From positions 1 to 23,855 of the forward strand of contig CAWEDJ010000048.1 of the NCBI GenBank assembly GCA_963807635.1: a stretch of DNA of 23,855 nt. The letters run 5' to 3'. The notes beneath the pieces are model-generated. The model made no database searches and was not told the origin of the DNA. It worked only from the letters and a program-made list of their open reading frames with translations. The DNA is from an uncultured cyanobacterium. GTDB taxonomy: Bacteria > Cyanobacteriota > Cyanobacteriia > Cyanobacteriales > Microcystaceae. Both the position numbers and the translations under genes were made by a program. Shown piece by piece: positions 10,375 through 20,640 of this stretch; position 1 is the stretch's first letter, and each line of letters starts with the position of its first letter.

Positions 10375-11201
10375 CTACGGTTTATATAACCAGAGCGGCT
10401 GTCCACTGGTTGATAATTCAAAATCTAGCCAATTGACAACATTATTAAATTGGTTTGTTTGCAGAGAAATTCGACTCTGACCCAAAACTTTTTTCAACAG
10501 AGGTTTGGGTTCTTCGATGGTAAAAAATTCTGCCTTTTCAGGGTTTAATCCCGCTAGTTCTGCGGCCCACACCCTTGCATCCTCTTCCGTTCCTAAGCGA
10601 TCAACTAACCCCAATTCCACCGCCTGTTTGCCTGTAAAAATGCGCCCATCGGCAAATTGCTTAACGGCTTCTACGGATAATTTTCTCGCTTCTGCAACGG
10701 TTTCGACAAATTGTTGATAGGTGTTATCAATCATGTTCTGGAGAATTTCTTGCTCTTCGGTCAATAATTCTCGGTCAAAGGCCAAAATATCTTTGTAGGG
10801 CCTGATTTAATAACTTTGAAAGATACCCCCACTTTTTCCAAGAGTCTTTCTAGATTATTTCCCCGCAAAATCACGCCAATACTGCCCGTAATTGTCCCAG
10901 GATTGGTCATGATGTGACTCGCTCCCATACCGACATACACCCCACCAGAAGCAGAGATATTGCCAAAACTGGCGACAATCTTGACCGTTTCTCCTAATTT
11001 TTTGAGAGCTTCATAGATTTCTTGGGAATCGACGACCGTTCCGCCTGGAGAATCAATCCGCAACAGTAGGGCAGGAAATTTCTTTTCTTTGACCGTTTGA
11101 AGGGCTTTTAAGACTTGGTCACGGGTATTTCCCGCGATTGCGCCTGAAATTTCAATACGAGCAATTTGTTTGGTACTTTTGGGTTTTAAGGGCCAGATCA
11201 T
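10375..11201 (-). CDS. sppA: Signal peptide peptidase SppA (S49, short form); one missing base at 10798-10800
   Basis: LRIDSPGG, ISASGGVY, TITGSIGV, KSGP(Y)KDIL, ADGRIFTGKQAVELGLVDRLG. ATG at 11201 (MIWPLKPK) gives 275 aa. Confidence 0.92.
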
Positions 11202-11608
11202 AGAAGTTGAATAAAGAAAGTGCGTAATCAGAAAGGGAGAATGAATCGTGAATATCTCTTTTGTAACACTAAATTTCATTAATTAGCCTGGACAAAACCC
11301 CTGAACTGTCTTATATTGTCTTACTCTAGGGTTTTATCTCAGTTTTTGTCCATTGCTCAAATATTTCTTTTTCCCCTCTTCGTTTCAAGAAAATTTAGAC
11401 CAAGATCCTGATATAGCCAACCTAGATGAGATGTGAACAGGCCAAGGATGGAATCTTTTAATTTCCCAAAACTCAATTAGCTTCTCTCCATGACTTCTGT
11501 TAGAAATAAGGAATCAGTAAAAAGAGCTTGAAGTTTTCACAATTGATTTAGGCTCGCTATAGGATAAAGTAATTTGTAATCATCAATTAAGAGGGATATA
11601 AAACAATC

Positions 11609-12010
11609 ATGTCTTTAAAAAATTACTGGTCTCGTTTATTGGCCTTGGTTCTGGTTGCCGTCATTGGTTTAACGGGATGTAACAGTTCGACAGGGCTAAC
11701 GGGTAATTATAGCCAAGATACTTTGACAGTCATCGAAACCTTGACGACGGCTCTCGATTTACCCAGCGATGCCCCAGATTTAGCAGAAATTCAAACAACC
11801 GCCAGAGAACAAATTAACGATTACATCTCCCGCTATCGCCGAGAAACCAAGTCAGGTGGCTTGCGTTCTTTCACGACTATGCAAACGGACCTTAATTCCC
11901 TCGCAGGTTACTACACTGCCTACGGGAGTCGTCCTATCCCTGAAAAACTCAAAAATCGCCTCAAAATTGAATTTAAACAAGCAAAAGTCGCCGTTGAACG
12001 GGGTGTATAA
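11609..12010 (+). CDS. psb27: Photosystem II assembly lipoprotein Psb27
   Basis: Lipobox LTGC; LTGNYSQDTL, INDYISRYRR, SFTTMQT.LNSLAGYYT, RPIPEKLKNRL. Confidence 0.95.
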   Translation: MSLKNYWSRLLALVLVAVIGLTGCNSSTGLTGNYSQDTLTVIETLTTALDLPSDAPDLAEIQTTAREQINDYISRYRRETKSGGLRSFTTMQTDLNSLAGYYTAYGSRPIPEKLKNRLKIEFKQAKVAVERGV

Positions 12011-12100
12011 AGTTGGGGCTTGCTGAAGTTCTAGAGTCATAAAACAGGGCAAGCTGTCACACATTCAGATTGCACAATGATTTTGCTCAAAGTTTTGTAA

Positions 12101-12120
12101 CAAGGGGCTTAAGCCCCTTG
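12101..12120. repeat. Perfect 20-bp palindrome between convergent psb27 and flavin reductase genes
   Basis: CAAGGGGCTTAAGCCCCTTG is its own reverse complement. Confidence 0.75.
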
Positions 12121-12218
12121 CCTGTAAGAGCTTTAGATAATTAACAGCCTATTTGATTTAGACAAAAATTTCTCGTTTTAGTCTGTTTCTGTCAAATAAT
12201 TTACCCCCTTTATTGTTT

Positions 12219-12701
12219 CTAGCCTCCGTATTGCCAGCCCGTGCTTTCTAATAACAAGGGATTCCCTTCTCGATGAATGCCTGCTCCTATCACTTCCCCT
12301 ACATAAACCGTGTGATCGCCGTGATCAACTTGGCCAACGACTCGGCATTCGACGTAACCCAGGGAATCTTGGATAATGGGACAGCCCGTTTCTGGGCCTT
12401 GATAAAATTCAATGTCTTCAAATTTATTGCCTACTCGTTGCTTGGGTTTAAAAAACTGAGCCGCTAAATCCTTCTGATTTTCGTCTAAAAAACTGAGGGC
12501 AAATACGCCAGAATTTTTGATCATGGCATGGGAACCTGAATCGGCCCGCACACAGTTGATCACCAAGGGAGGCTGAAATGATCCCTGCATCACCCAACTA
12601 GCGGTAAATCCATTGACTTGTTCCCCATCCTTTACGCCACAGATATAGAGTCCGTGAGGAATTTTACGCAATAAAGTTTTTTTGGCTTGTTCGTCTAACA
12701 A
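12219..12701 (-). CDS. Flavin reductase family protein
   Basis: TTG start at 12701 with AGGAG ~8 nt upstream; LRKIPHGLYICG, NGFTASWVMQGSFQPP, GDHTVYVGEV. Confidence 0.88.
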   Translation of the reverse strand: MLDEQAKKTLLRKIPHGLYICGVKDGEQVNGFTASWVMQGSFQPPLVINCVRADSGSHAMIKNSGVFALSFLDENQKDLAAQFFKPKQRVGNKFEDIEFYQGPETGCPIIQDSLGYVECRVVGQVDHGDHTVYVGEVIGAGIHREGNPLLLESTGWQYGG

Positions 12702-12795
12702 AATGAATGCTCCTAGTCTAGGAAGTAGGCTGTCCAATAGCTAATCATACCCGATCGCTTTATCATTGAAAGCATTCTATCGGCATAATTTGAGG

Positions 12796-13476
12796 ATGAA
12801 TCAGGTGAAGTCCGCGATCGCGGTGAAGGATGTCTATTTTGAATGGAATGAGTCGAACCCCATTCTTTCCGCCTGTTCCCTAGAAGTTCCCAGAGGGGAA
12901 TTTTGGATGCTATTAGGTAATAATGGCAGTGGGAAATCAACGCTGTTGAGATTGCTCGCAGGTTTGTTAACACCCCAATCGGGAGAAATTCGCCTAGATG
13001 ATCCTTTGGGTTTTGTCTTTCAAAATCCCGATCATCAATTGGTCATGCCGACGGTGGGAGCGGATGTGGCCTTTGGCTTGGTGAAAGAAAATTTATCCAT
13101 CCCCGAAGTTCGTGCTAGGGTCGGAGAAGCCTTGACCGCCGTTAATCTTTTGGAAATGGAACGTCGCCCGATCTATGCCCTCAGTGGGGGACAAAAACAA
13201 CGGATTGCCATTGCTGGCGCGATCGCTCGTCATTGTGAAGTATTAATTTTAGATGAACCAACAGCCCTGCTAGATCCCGATACCCAGTTAGAATTAGTGG
13301 TACAAGTGCAAAAATTAGTCAAAAATCGCGGAATGACGGCTCTTTGGGTAACCCATCGGTTAGAAGAATTAAATTACTGTGATGGAGCTTTTCTATTGGA
13401 ATCAGGGCGGGTTGTGGCCCAGGGAGATCCTCAAATTCTTAAACAACGCTTGATGCAATCGGAAGAAAAAGAGTAA
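12796..13476 (+). CDS. ECF/CbiO-type ABC transporter ATP-binding protein
   Basis: Walker A GNNGSGKST, Q-loop FQNPDHQ, signature LSGGQKQRIAIAG, Walker B LILDEPT. No membrane partner is adjacent. Confidence 0.9.
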   Translation: MNQVKSAIAVKDVYFEWNESNPILSACSLEVPRGEFWMLLGNNGSGKSTLLRLLAGLLTPQSGEIRLDDPLGFVFQNPDHQLVMPTVGADVAFGLVKENLSIPEVRARVGEALTAVNLLEMERRPIYALSGGQKQRIAIAGAIARHCEVLILDEPTALLDPDTQLELVVQVQKLVKNRGMTALWVTHRLEELNYCDGAFLLESGRVVAQGDPQILKQRLMQSEEKE

Positions 13477-13575
13477 TTCCAATTTTGCTATTTAAAATCA
13501 GCAGATTAAATCCTTAGAACGTAAAGTCCTATGTTATTCTATGAATCGAGTATCTCTACAAATAAGTCTCAGGCG

Positions 13576-14245
13576 ATGAGTATGACCAAAATTCTGGCTA
13601 TTAATAAATTTCTATTGGCGATCGCCGTTTTGCTGATTCCCATGAATAGTGCCTTTTGCTCAATTGGCCACCCCTAGCCCAGCCTCGACAGAAACGATTA
13701 GTAGTCTAGTGTCTCCCGATACCAAAATTGATTATCTTCCCCTCAAAAATCTGCTGGCGGCTAAAAAATGGAGACAAAGTAATGATGAAACACGCCGATT
13801 GATGTTACAAGCCGCGAACCGAGAGAAACAAGGCTGGTTAACTGCCGAAGATATTAATAACATTCCGTGCTGGGATCTGAAAACCATTGATGATCTTTGG
13901 AAACAAGCCTCTAACGGTCGCTTTGGTTTTAGTGTCCAATATCCTATTTTCGTTGATACGGGCAATAAACCTGGACGATTGATGGCTCCCGATGCCTACG
14001 ATAAATTCGGAACACAAGTGGGTTGGCGACAAAATAACGAATGGATACTGTTTAAAGAAAATCTCAACTATTCCCTAGATGCGCCCATTGGCCATTTACC
14101 TAATCCCAGGGATGAATATCAAATTAATGGTGGACGTTTGGAATATACCAATCTAACCAAGCGAATTGCTGACTGTAAGATTGTTGCCGCTCCTGTTCAA
14201 ACGATGCCCAAGTTTTCACCATCCAAAACTCTTCCCAAAAAATAA
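13576..14245 (+). CDS. GUN4-domain protein with signal peptide; +1 frameshift at 13654-13657
   Basis: IDYLPLKNLLAAKKWRQSNDET, IPCWDLKTIDDLWKQASNGRFGFSVQ, APIGHLP. The upstream frame encodes MSMTKILAINKFLLAIAVLLIPMNSAFA, joined by removing one T. Confidence 0.82.
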
Positions 14246-14354
14246 TTTTCAGGGTGGGTTTGTATTTACATCGAAGTTCACAAGTAAGAAAATATTAAGG
14301 CGATCGCTTTTTTTGCGCCCAGAGAAGGAGATCGCAGATGACCCTTGGAAAAAA

Positions 14355-14531
14355 TTAAATTAAATCTAGTTGATGACAAATAATCGCCGCCAAGGTCGCG
14401 ATCGCGGTGATACCTAGTGCAATAATCGGATGCTGTCCCTGGGCAACGGCGAAGGTTGTGACGATACCGGCACCAATCCCTGCCGTTAGTGCCGCACTGA
14501 GATAATCCTTATCCTGATTGCTTTTATACAT
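14355..14531 (-). CDS. Small hydrophobic membrane protein, 58 aa (below ORF-track cutoff)
   Basis: MYKSNQDKDYLSAALTAGIGAGIVTTFAVAQGQHPIIALGITAIATLAAIICHQLDLI. Clean ORF with two hydrophobic segments, coding-like GC and an internal HIP1 site. Confidence 0.75.
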   Translation of the reverse strand: MYKSNQDKDYLSAALTAGIGAGIVTTFAVAQGQHPIIALGITAIATLAAIICHQLDLI

Positions 14532-14624
14532 AGCTAAACCAAATTGGCCAAATATAAGAATGTTCTAAACAATAACATCTCTCTTGGGATTAGTTTAAAA
14601 ATCGCAATCAAGCTTTAAATTTAG

Positions 14625-15530
14625 CTAACTTTCTTTACAATTCTCTACAGATTTTTCTCGTACCCAATCGCGGATCAGTTGATTGACCTGTTCAGGAATT
14701 TCATCGTGGGGACAGTGACCGGCCTGTAGGTAATATTCCGTTAAGTTTTGATAATATTGCTTAAACTTCTTGCCTCTTTCTTTACACTTCATCCAGGGAT
14801 CACCTTCTCCCCACAACATTAATAAAGGACAATTGACCGACGCTAATAATTTATCTACCGAATCACCCTGGGGCGTTTTAAAAACCGAGGCAAATACCTG
14901 GGGAGCACCGCGATCGCAGGAAGGACGATAAATATCTTCCACTAACTGATCTGTGACCGCCGATTGATCAAGATAAACTTTTTCGAGGGTTTTGCGGATA
15001 TTTTGACGACGACGGACGTATTGGAATAATAAATAACTCGCCCAGGATTGCAACAAAACCGTGCGGATCAATTTTTGAATCGGATTAGATTTACTCGCGG
15101 CCAAGGCATCACTGAAAGGGCCTGCACTATTGAGCAAAATCAGTCCTTTGGCTGAATCAGGGTAATAAGAAGCTAAGCAGAGAGAAGAATATCCCCCCAA
15201 GGAATTTCCCGCTAAAACGGCTGGTTGTTGAATCACTTCGGTAATAAATGCTTGTAGTTGGTCTCGCCAAAGATCTCTACCATACTGTAAGACAGGTTTA
15301 GCAGAACGCCCAAAACCTAATAAGTCGATCGCCCAAACTTCAAATTCTTTCTGAAGTTCCGCAATATTTTTTCGCCAATGATCCGTTGAAGCCCCAAATC
15401 CATGCACCAAAAGTAAAGGAGGCAGACCTTCTCGGCGATCACCCGACTTCACATAATAGATATCGTGTCCCTGCCACTGCCAATAGTTTCCAATATCCGT
15501 ACTAGTATTATTGAAGGTAGTCGTTTGCAT
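14625..15530 (-). CDS. Alpha/beta fold hydrolase
   Basis: LLVHGFGASTDHWRKN, IDLLGFGRS, nucleophile GNSLGG, WGEGDPW, AGHCPHDE. Confidence 0.92.
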   Translation of the reverse strand: MQTTTFNNTSTDIGNYWQWQGHDIYYVKSGDRREGLPPLLLVHGFGASTDHWRKNIAELQKEFEVWAIDLLGFGRSAKPVLQYGRDLWRDQLQAFITEVIQQPAVLAGNSLGGYSSLCLASYYPDSAKGLILLNSAGPFSDALAASKSNPIQKLIRTVLLQSWASYLLFQYVRRRQNIRKTLEKVYLDQSAVTDQLVEDIYRPSCDRGAPQVFASVFKTPQGDSVDKLLASVNCPLLMLWGEGDPWMKCKERGKKFKQYYQNLTEYYLQAGHCPHDEIPEQVNQLIRDWVREKSVENCKES

Positions 15531-15629
15531 AAAATTAATTTTTTAGCCGTAGGTTTCGATATCAGGTTGTTATATTAAGTTATGTTAACAAAAATAATGC
15601 TGGTAACGATAGAGGCGAACTATAAATTC

Positions 15630-16247
15630 ATGAATTATCTCATCTTGGCTTGTTTATTATTGCTCTCCCCCATCCCGCAAATCTCCCCTTCTATTGCCCC
15701 ATCGTCTCCCGTCACCCTCATGGCTCAATATAATCCGAATCAAATTAGTTTTGAAGACGCGATCGCCGAAACCCAAGCCTTACTGGAAAAAATGGCGACT
15801 AAATCTATCCCTGATTCCGAAATTCAAATAACCATTACTAACTTAGTAAAAACCCAAACTGGGGCTAGGGGCTTTTTCGTAACCTACCTAACGGACGAAA
15901 GACCCTTTATCGATTCCCCCTCCAAAGGCATTATCAATGCTCTGCAATCTTCCCCTGACATTGTCGGAGAGTTATTAGTCAAAAACTTAGTGATGTCTTC
16001 TGCTTCTGCCCTAGCCCATCGCCGTAATCAGGATGAAGCTATGGCCAAAGGCTCTGAGCAAGTCCGAGATCGCACATCATATCTAATCAAAGCTGTTAAA
16101 TTACCGATTGTTAATGAAAAACTTCAGGAAATGGAAAAATCTTTAATTACAGGGCAAGGAGAATATGAAGCTTTTTTGGAACGCTGGGGCTATGATGCCG
16201 AACAGAAAAAAGTCATGAAATCAGCCATTCTTCAAGTGAAGCATTGA
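15630..16247 (+). CDS. Hypothetical protein with signal-like N-terminus
   Basis: Long clean ORF. The start is uncertain (15582, 15630 or 15720). Core SFEDAIAETQALL...GARGFFVTYLTD...FLERWGYDAEQK. Confidence 0.7.
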   Translation: MNYLILACLLLLSPIPQISPSIAPSSPVTLMAQYNPNQISFEDAIAETQALLEKMATKSIPDSEIQITITNLVKTQTGARGFFVTYLTDERPFIDSPSKGIINALQSSPDIVGELLVKNLVMSSASALAHRRNQDEAMAKGSEQVRDRTSYLIKAVKLPIVNEKLQEMEKSLITGQGEYEAFLERWGYDAEQKKVMKSAILQVKH

Positions 16248-16387
16248 ACTAAAAAGGGCTTATTGCTTGTGAGTCAACCCTTTAATCCAGAAGCAATAAT
16301 GGTATTTTTTACCATAAATATTCGCAAAAGGCACTAACAAACAAAAAATTGAAGAATTACGTAAAAGTTCTAGACAACTTGGAGTTT

Positions 16388-17401
16388 CTAAGAAATTTGG
16401 GGCTTGGTCACTTTAGGTTTCTTTAAATATAATTCAGCGATAATAACTGCCAAAAGAGTCATCATCAAACTCAAAATAGCCCCTATCGCTCCCAACATAA
16501 AGGTCAAAATTGCGATCGCGATCGTTAAACCCGAATAGGTCAAGGCGACTTGAGGATGACTCCAGCCTGATTGTTGTAAACGTTGAAAAATATGAGTGCG
16601 GTGTGCCTGAAAAATATTTTCACGACGACCTAAACGGACAAACAATGTATAAATGGTATCTGCGGTGATCGGTAAGGTGATCGCTAAACTTGACCAGCCT
16701 AACGTAACATCATTGGTTTGAATTAAGGCGATCGCAATAGACGCACCTAAAACCGTACTACCCACATCTCCCATAAAAATCTTTGCAGGCGACCAATTCC
16801 ACCACAAAAAACCTAAAAGAGCGACAATTAGTAACCACCAGATCGGTTGATTAAGATACAGGGCAATAAAACTCAACTGGAGGGCGGTGACACTGGCAAC
16901 AATGCCGTCCAAGCCATCCATAAAGTTATAAAAATTGATAAGGGCTGTAAAACCAATAATAGTTAATAATCCCGCAAAAATGATGCCAACAGTGCCAAAA
17001 TCCGTTAGCCAAGGCTGAGTGAAAATACCATAATGAATAACTGCAAAAACTGCGACACCAAGCTGTACCCCATAGCGGGCAAGAGACGGTAAATTGTAGC
17101 GATCGTCTAAAAAACCAATGGCGGCGAGAGGGAAAAGAATTAAACCTAAAAAAGGATCAGCTTTAACGGGTAAATTTGGAAAAAAAGAGATAAAAATAAG
17201 TCCAACAGCAAAAGCAAGAAGAAATCCTAGACCGCCTCCCCTGGGCGTTGGTTGAACATGGGAACTGCGATCGTTGGGAATATCCATTAAGCTCTTTTTA
17301 AGGGCATAACGACGAACCAGACCTGTGAGAGCTAGGGATGAAACAAATATTAAAGATAATAATAGACTGAAATTTAGGGTCAGGGAAAAATTGGTCATCA
17401 C
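16388..17401 (-). CDS. MraY/WecA-like polyprenyl-phosphate sugar-1-phosphate transferase
   Basis: DIPNDRSSHVQPTPRGGG, GFLDD, NFYNFMDGLDG, PAKIFMGDVGS, AHRTHIFQRL; multi-pass hydrophobic. Confidence 0.92.
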   Translation of the reverse strand: MMTNFSLTLNFSLLLSLIFVSSLALTGLVRRYALKKSLMDIPNDRSSHVQPTPRGGGLGFLLAFAVGLIFISFFPNLPVKADPFLGLILFPLAAIGFLDDRYNLPSLARYGVQLGVAVFAVIHYGIFTQPWLTDFGTVGIIFAGLLTIIGFTALINFYNFMDGLDGIVASVTALQLSFIALYLNQPIWWLLIVALLGFLWWNWSPAKIFMGDVGSTVLGASIAIALIQTNDVTLGWSSLAITLPITADTIYTLFVRLGRRENIFQAHRTHIFQRLQQSGWSHPQVALTYSGLTIAIAILTFMLGAIGAILSLMMTLLAVIIAELYLKKPKVTKPQIS

Positions 17402-17464
17402 TCATTTAATGTCTCAGATTGTCACGGACATCAGATAACGTTTACAGAAATTAGATAATACCAG

Positions 17465-18442
17465 CTATCTACTTTTAAACCAATCTGCCGTTGCTTGTAA
17501 ACCCTGGTCAACGGTATAGGGTGGAGTCCAATCTAACATCTGACGAATTTTACCACTATCGACTTGCAAAGAACCTAATAGGCGATCGCCGATATCCGCT
17601 TTACCTAGTAGCTTTGTGGTTAAACGGAGTAATTCAGCAGGAATGGGGAGAAGTAAGGGTGACTTTCCCAAAGCTTTAGCCAGACGACGAATCAAATCGG
17701 TTGTAGAGAGATCTTCACCATCGCTCACAATAAAAGTTTTGTTTTTGGCGTTTGGGTGATTGATACAGGTAATAATCGCATCAACTAAATTATCAACATA
17801 AAGAAAACTTTTTTGATTATTAATTGCTCCCAAGGGCAATGGAAATCCAGTCTTTATTAATTTCATTAACCGTTCCATATTGCCAGGATTGCCAGCCCCA
17901 TAAACTAAGGTCGGGCGTAAAATCGTCCAGGTCATTGAAGAATTTCGACATAGTTCGATTAAACTCTGTTCCGCTTGTAATTTACTACGACCATAAGGAC
18001 TGTCAGGACGGCAGGGAGACTCCTCTGTAAGGGCATGTTCACTCAAGGTAGTCATCGCACCAATGGAACTAATAAAAATAAAGTGCTTAACCCCTGATGC
18101 GATCGCCTGTTTTACTAAAGTTTTTGTTCCTTCGTAATTAACTCGTAAAAATTCGGCTTCTGGATTAATTGCCTGATCATTTAATTGATGAGCGCGAGCG
18201 GCTAGATGAATCACAGTATCAACTTCTTTTAAAGCTTCTGTCCAATCAGTATTCTCCTCAATTTCACCCACATTAACAACCTTACAATCAGAGTTTAATT
18301 CCTTAGATAAATGATGGCGAACAGCTAATACAATTTGTAAATTTTGATTATCTAATGTTGGAAGCAAATGGCAACCAATAAATCCAGTTGCACCAGTCAC
18401 TACGATTAATTTAGTATCTGAATCTGTACAATTACCATTCAT
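17465..18442 (-). CDS. NAD-dependent epimerase/dehydratase (UDP-sugar 4-epimerase-like)
   Basis: VTGATGFIG, VIHLAARAH, FISSIGA, YGRSK (YxxxK), ILRPTLVYG. Overlaps the upstream GT2 stop. Confidence 0.9.
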   Translation of the reverse strand: MNGNCTDSDTKLIVVTGATGFIGCHLLPTLDNQNLQIVLAVRHHLSKELNSDCKVVNVGEIEENTDWTEALKEVDTVIHLAARAHQLNDQAINPEAEFLRVNYEGTKTLVKQAIASGVKHFIFISSIGAMTTLSEHALTEESPCRPDSPYGRSKLQAEQSLIELCRNSSMTWTILRPTLVYGAGNPGNMERLMKLIKTGFPLPLGAINNQKSFLYVDNLVDAIITCINHPNAKNKTFIVSDGEDLSTTDLIRRLAKALGKSPLLLPIPAELLRLTTKLLGKADIGDRLLGSLQVDSGKIRQMLDWTPPYTVDQGLQATADWFKSR

Positions 18443-19505
18443 CGGTTTTCACCATTAGATGTCTATATCTTTGATAAAAATTGCCAGCGATATAGCTCGT
18501 TGGCATGATCAATAAAGCGATAAAAGTCATTATAAAAATAGTTAATCTGCTAGGAGTCTCCTCTGAAACTCCGCGCCAGATTTCTTCTTGAAAACTAGGG
18601 ACGTATTTAATGTGAACTCTTAGAGTTTCTATGCAAAAGATCAATAATGAAAAGAAAAAACTAGTCGCTAAAAACAACAAGGCACTATTAAAATAGATCG
18701 AAAATAAGAATAAAACAAGATAAAAAACAATAAATATAACTGGTAATTTACTTCTTAGGGGAGAGCTACAAGAGTGTTTTTTAGTAGTTAGATATCTACC
18801 TCTGCCATATTTAAAATACTGAATACAAAGTTTTTTCCAGTTACTTCTAGGGGTATACCAAACTTTTATATCTGAACTAATATAAATTGCTTTTTCAAAA
18901 AGTTCTAATAATTTTAGATTTAATTCTGCGTCTTGATTAGTGATTTGAGTAGTGTCAAATAATTCTTTTTTAGGGTTATTATATACAATTTTTTGCAATG
19001 CGTCTGTTAAAAAGCACCCTAAATAGACAGTATCAGCATATCCATCGTAATTTGGATCATGATATTTGGCTGTTCCTGCTAGAAAACTACGAAATGCAAG
19101 AGCAACTCCTCCTTGAAAGTTATTTCTAGCTATATGACGCTGAGAACCACCCACATTCAAAGCCTGAGAAGATTCTAATGCCTCAATACATTTTTGAATA
19201 TAATCGGGGGCATACTCGGAATGAGCATCTGCTCTTAAAAAGATATTTCCTTGACAATGTTTAAATATAAGATTTAACCCAGCCGATTGAATTTTTAAAG
19301 GGTTGTTTAATAGTCTAACCCTAGAATCTTCAAAAGCGATTTTCTGGATAATTTCTTGAGTACCATCATTACTACCACCATCTGCAACAATTATCTCTAA
19401 TAAGTTAGGATGATTTTGATTTAAAAAGCCTTTAATAACGGATTCAATATAGTTGGCTTCATTGTAGGCAGGAATGGCGATAGTTATTGTTAGGTTAGTT
19501 GTCAT
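18432..19505 (-). CDS. Glycosyltransferase family 2 (ExoA-like) with C-terminal TM segments
   Basis: IAIPAYNEA, IIVADGGSNDGT, RADAH, NQDAELN, QYFKYGRGR. Confidence 0.88.
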   Translation of the reverse strand: MTTNLTITIAIPAYNEANYIESVIKGFLNQNHPNLLEIIVADGGSNDGTQEIIQKIAFEDSRVRLLNNPLKIQSAGLNLIFKHCQGNIFLRADAHSEYAPDYIQKCIEALESSQALNVGGSQRHIARNNFQGGVALAFRSFLAGTAKYHDPNYDGYADTVYLGCFLTDALQKIVYNNPKKELFDTTQITNQDAELNLKLLELFEKAIYISSDIKVWYTPRSNWKKLCIQYFKYGRGRYLTTKKHSCSSPLRSKLPVIFIVFYLVLFLFSIYFNSALLFLATSFFFSLLIFCIETLRVHIKYVPSFQEEIWRGVSEETPSRLTIFIMTFIALLIMPTSYIAGNFYQRYRHLMVKTDEW

Positions 19506-19619
19506 AAATATTGTTTAAATTTAGCCTAATATGCTCATAAACAAACTATGTTTATGCTCAAACTAAATTAATACTTTACTCCTATACACCAATTGTATTG
19601 TGATTACAGAAAAAGTTTT

Positions 19620-19649
19620 GTAGGGATACTAATATATTTATATCCCTAC
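19620..19649. repeat. GTAGGG...CCCTAC stem-loop (REP-like)
   Basis: GTAGGGATA-N12-TATCCCTAC, 9-bp perfect stem. Confidence 0.45.
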
Positions 19650-19758
19650 CCTCTACGGAGTTTAACCACAAAGTGCTGTATTTAATTGACTGGTCAGCTA
19701 CGGTAACTTTTATATCTGTAATTACCGCTAAATTATATGCAGTTTAGTGGTGTTCTAT

Positions 19759-20591
19759 TTATATTTTTTCTAAGTATAGTGCTACCTGCATACACCGCCA
19801 CAGCTCATCACCTCGAACAGTTGCCGAAGTAACATCATACTCATGTAACTTGCTTACCAAATCAGAGCCAAAAGGAAAAATTGCTAGTGGCAAACCCCAT
19901 TTAGAATATCCCAAGACACCTTGAATTGCCTTTATAGTAAAGTATTTTTCGATTAGTTTAAAATTTTGCTGAGAAAAAGGATATTCCCAGTCACTATCGA
20001 CTTGAAAAGGACGATATAGTCTTCGTGCAATCCATATCGGAAGAGATGTCTCCATTGGATCAAAACTAATAACTTTTCCTCCAGGATTAAGACGTTCGTG
20101 TAGCAGTGATAAGAAAGCATCAAAGTATTTAAAATGATGCATCACCGCATAAGCATAAATAATATCAAAAGATTCATAAGGAAAATCAGATTGCAGAAAA
20201 TCGAAAGCTCTGCCTGTGCGTGTGGCAAGTTGTTAAGCAACAATTTTTCATTCAATTGGGTGATAGCTGGTTGACTTAAATCCATCCCCAAGTAAAAACC
20301 ACAGTTTTTTGCAATATCAATACTCAAGTCATTTCCAGAATGGCATCCCAAATCGAGTACCCGCTTGCCTTCAAGATTACCCAGCCAATATAAATGACGT
20401 GCACGAATTAATTCTGTGATCCCTAAATTTTCTCTAACTTTATATAAATTTCTCCTTGTTTTATCCCATAATTGGTTCGCTATGCCAATTTCTTCATATC
20501 GACTACCTTGTTTTTGTTCATAAAATTTCTTTTGTTGCTCATTAATTTGCAACATTTCTTTTTGTTCTTGATTTGTATTATTACTATTCAT
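19759..20591 (-). CDS. Class I SAM-dependent methyltransferase; one frameshift near 20210
   Basis: ATG 20591 with GGAG RBS; RVLDLGCHSG, GMDLS, then in the other frame FDFLQSDFPYESFDIIYAYAVMHHF...LNPGGKVISFDP. Reconstructed length ~277 aa. Confidence 0.82.
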
Positions 20592-20640
20592 TGTTTTTAC
20601 TCCATCAATGTTTTTTGAGTATCTATAATCAGAAAGTTGA

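Larger units (their letters stand above)
761..18106. repeat. HIP1 octamer GCGATCGC, dispersed
   Basis: About 26 copies counted by eye (e.g. 761, 3591, 6853, 8851, 14398, 18099); none seen after 18106. Confidence 0.9.

Noticed and set aside
9198..10717. Short ORFs overlapping the UbiH-like gene and sppA
   Set aside because: Alternate-frame or antisense overlaps with well-supported genes.
11289..11352. Loose inverted repeat TGGACAAAA...TTTTGTCCA between sppA and psb27
   Set aside because: Short AT-rich arms with a long irregular loop; no recognisable RNA family or operator.
12796..13476. Orphan ECF ATPase as a novel transporter
   Set aside because: ECF components are commonly dispersed in cyanobacterial genomes.
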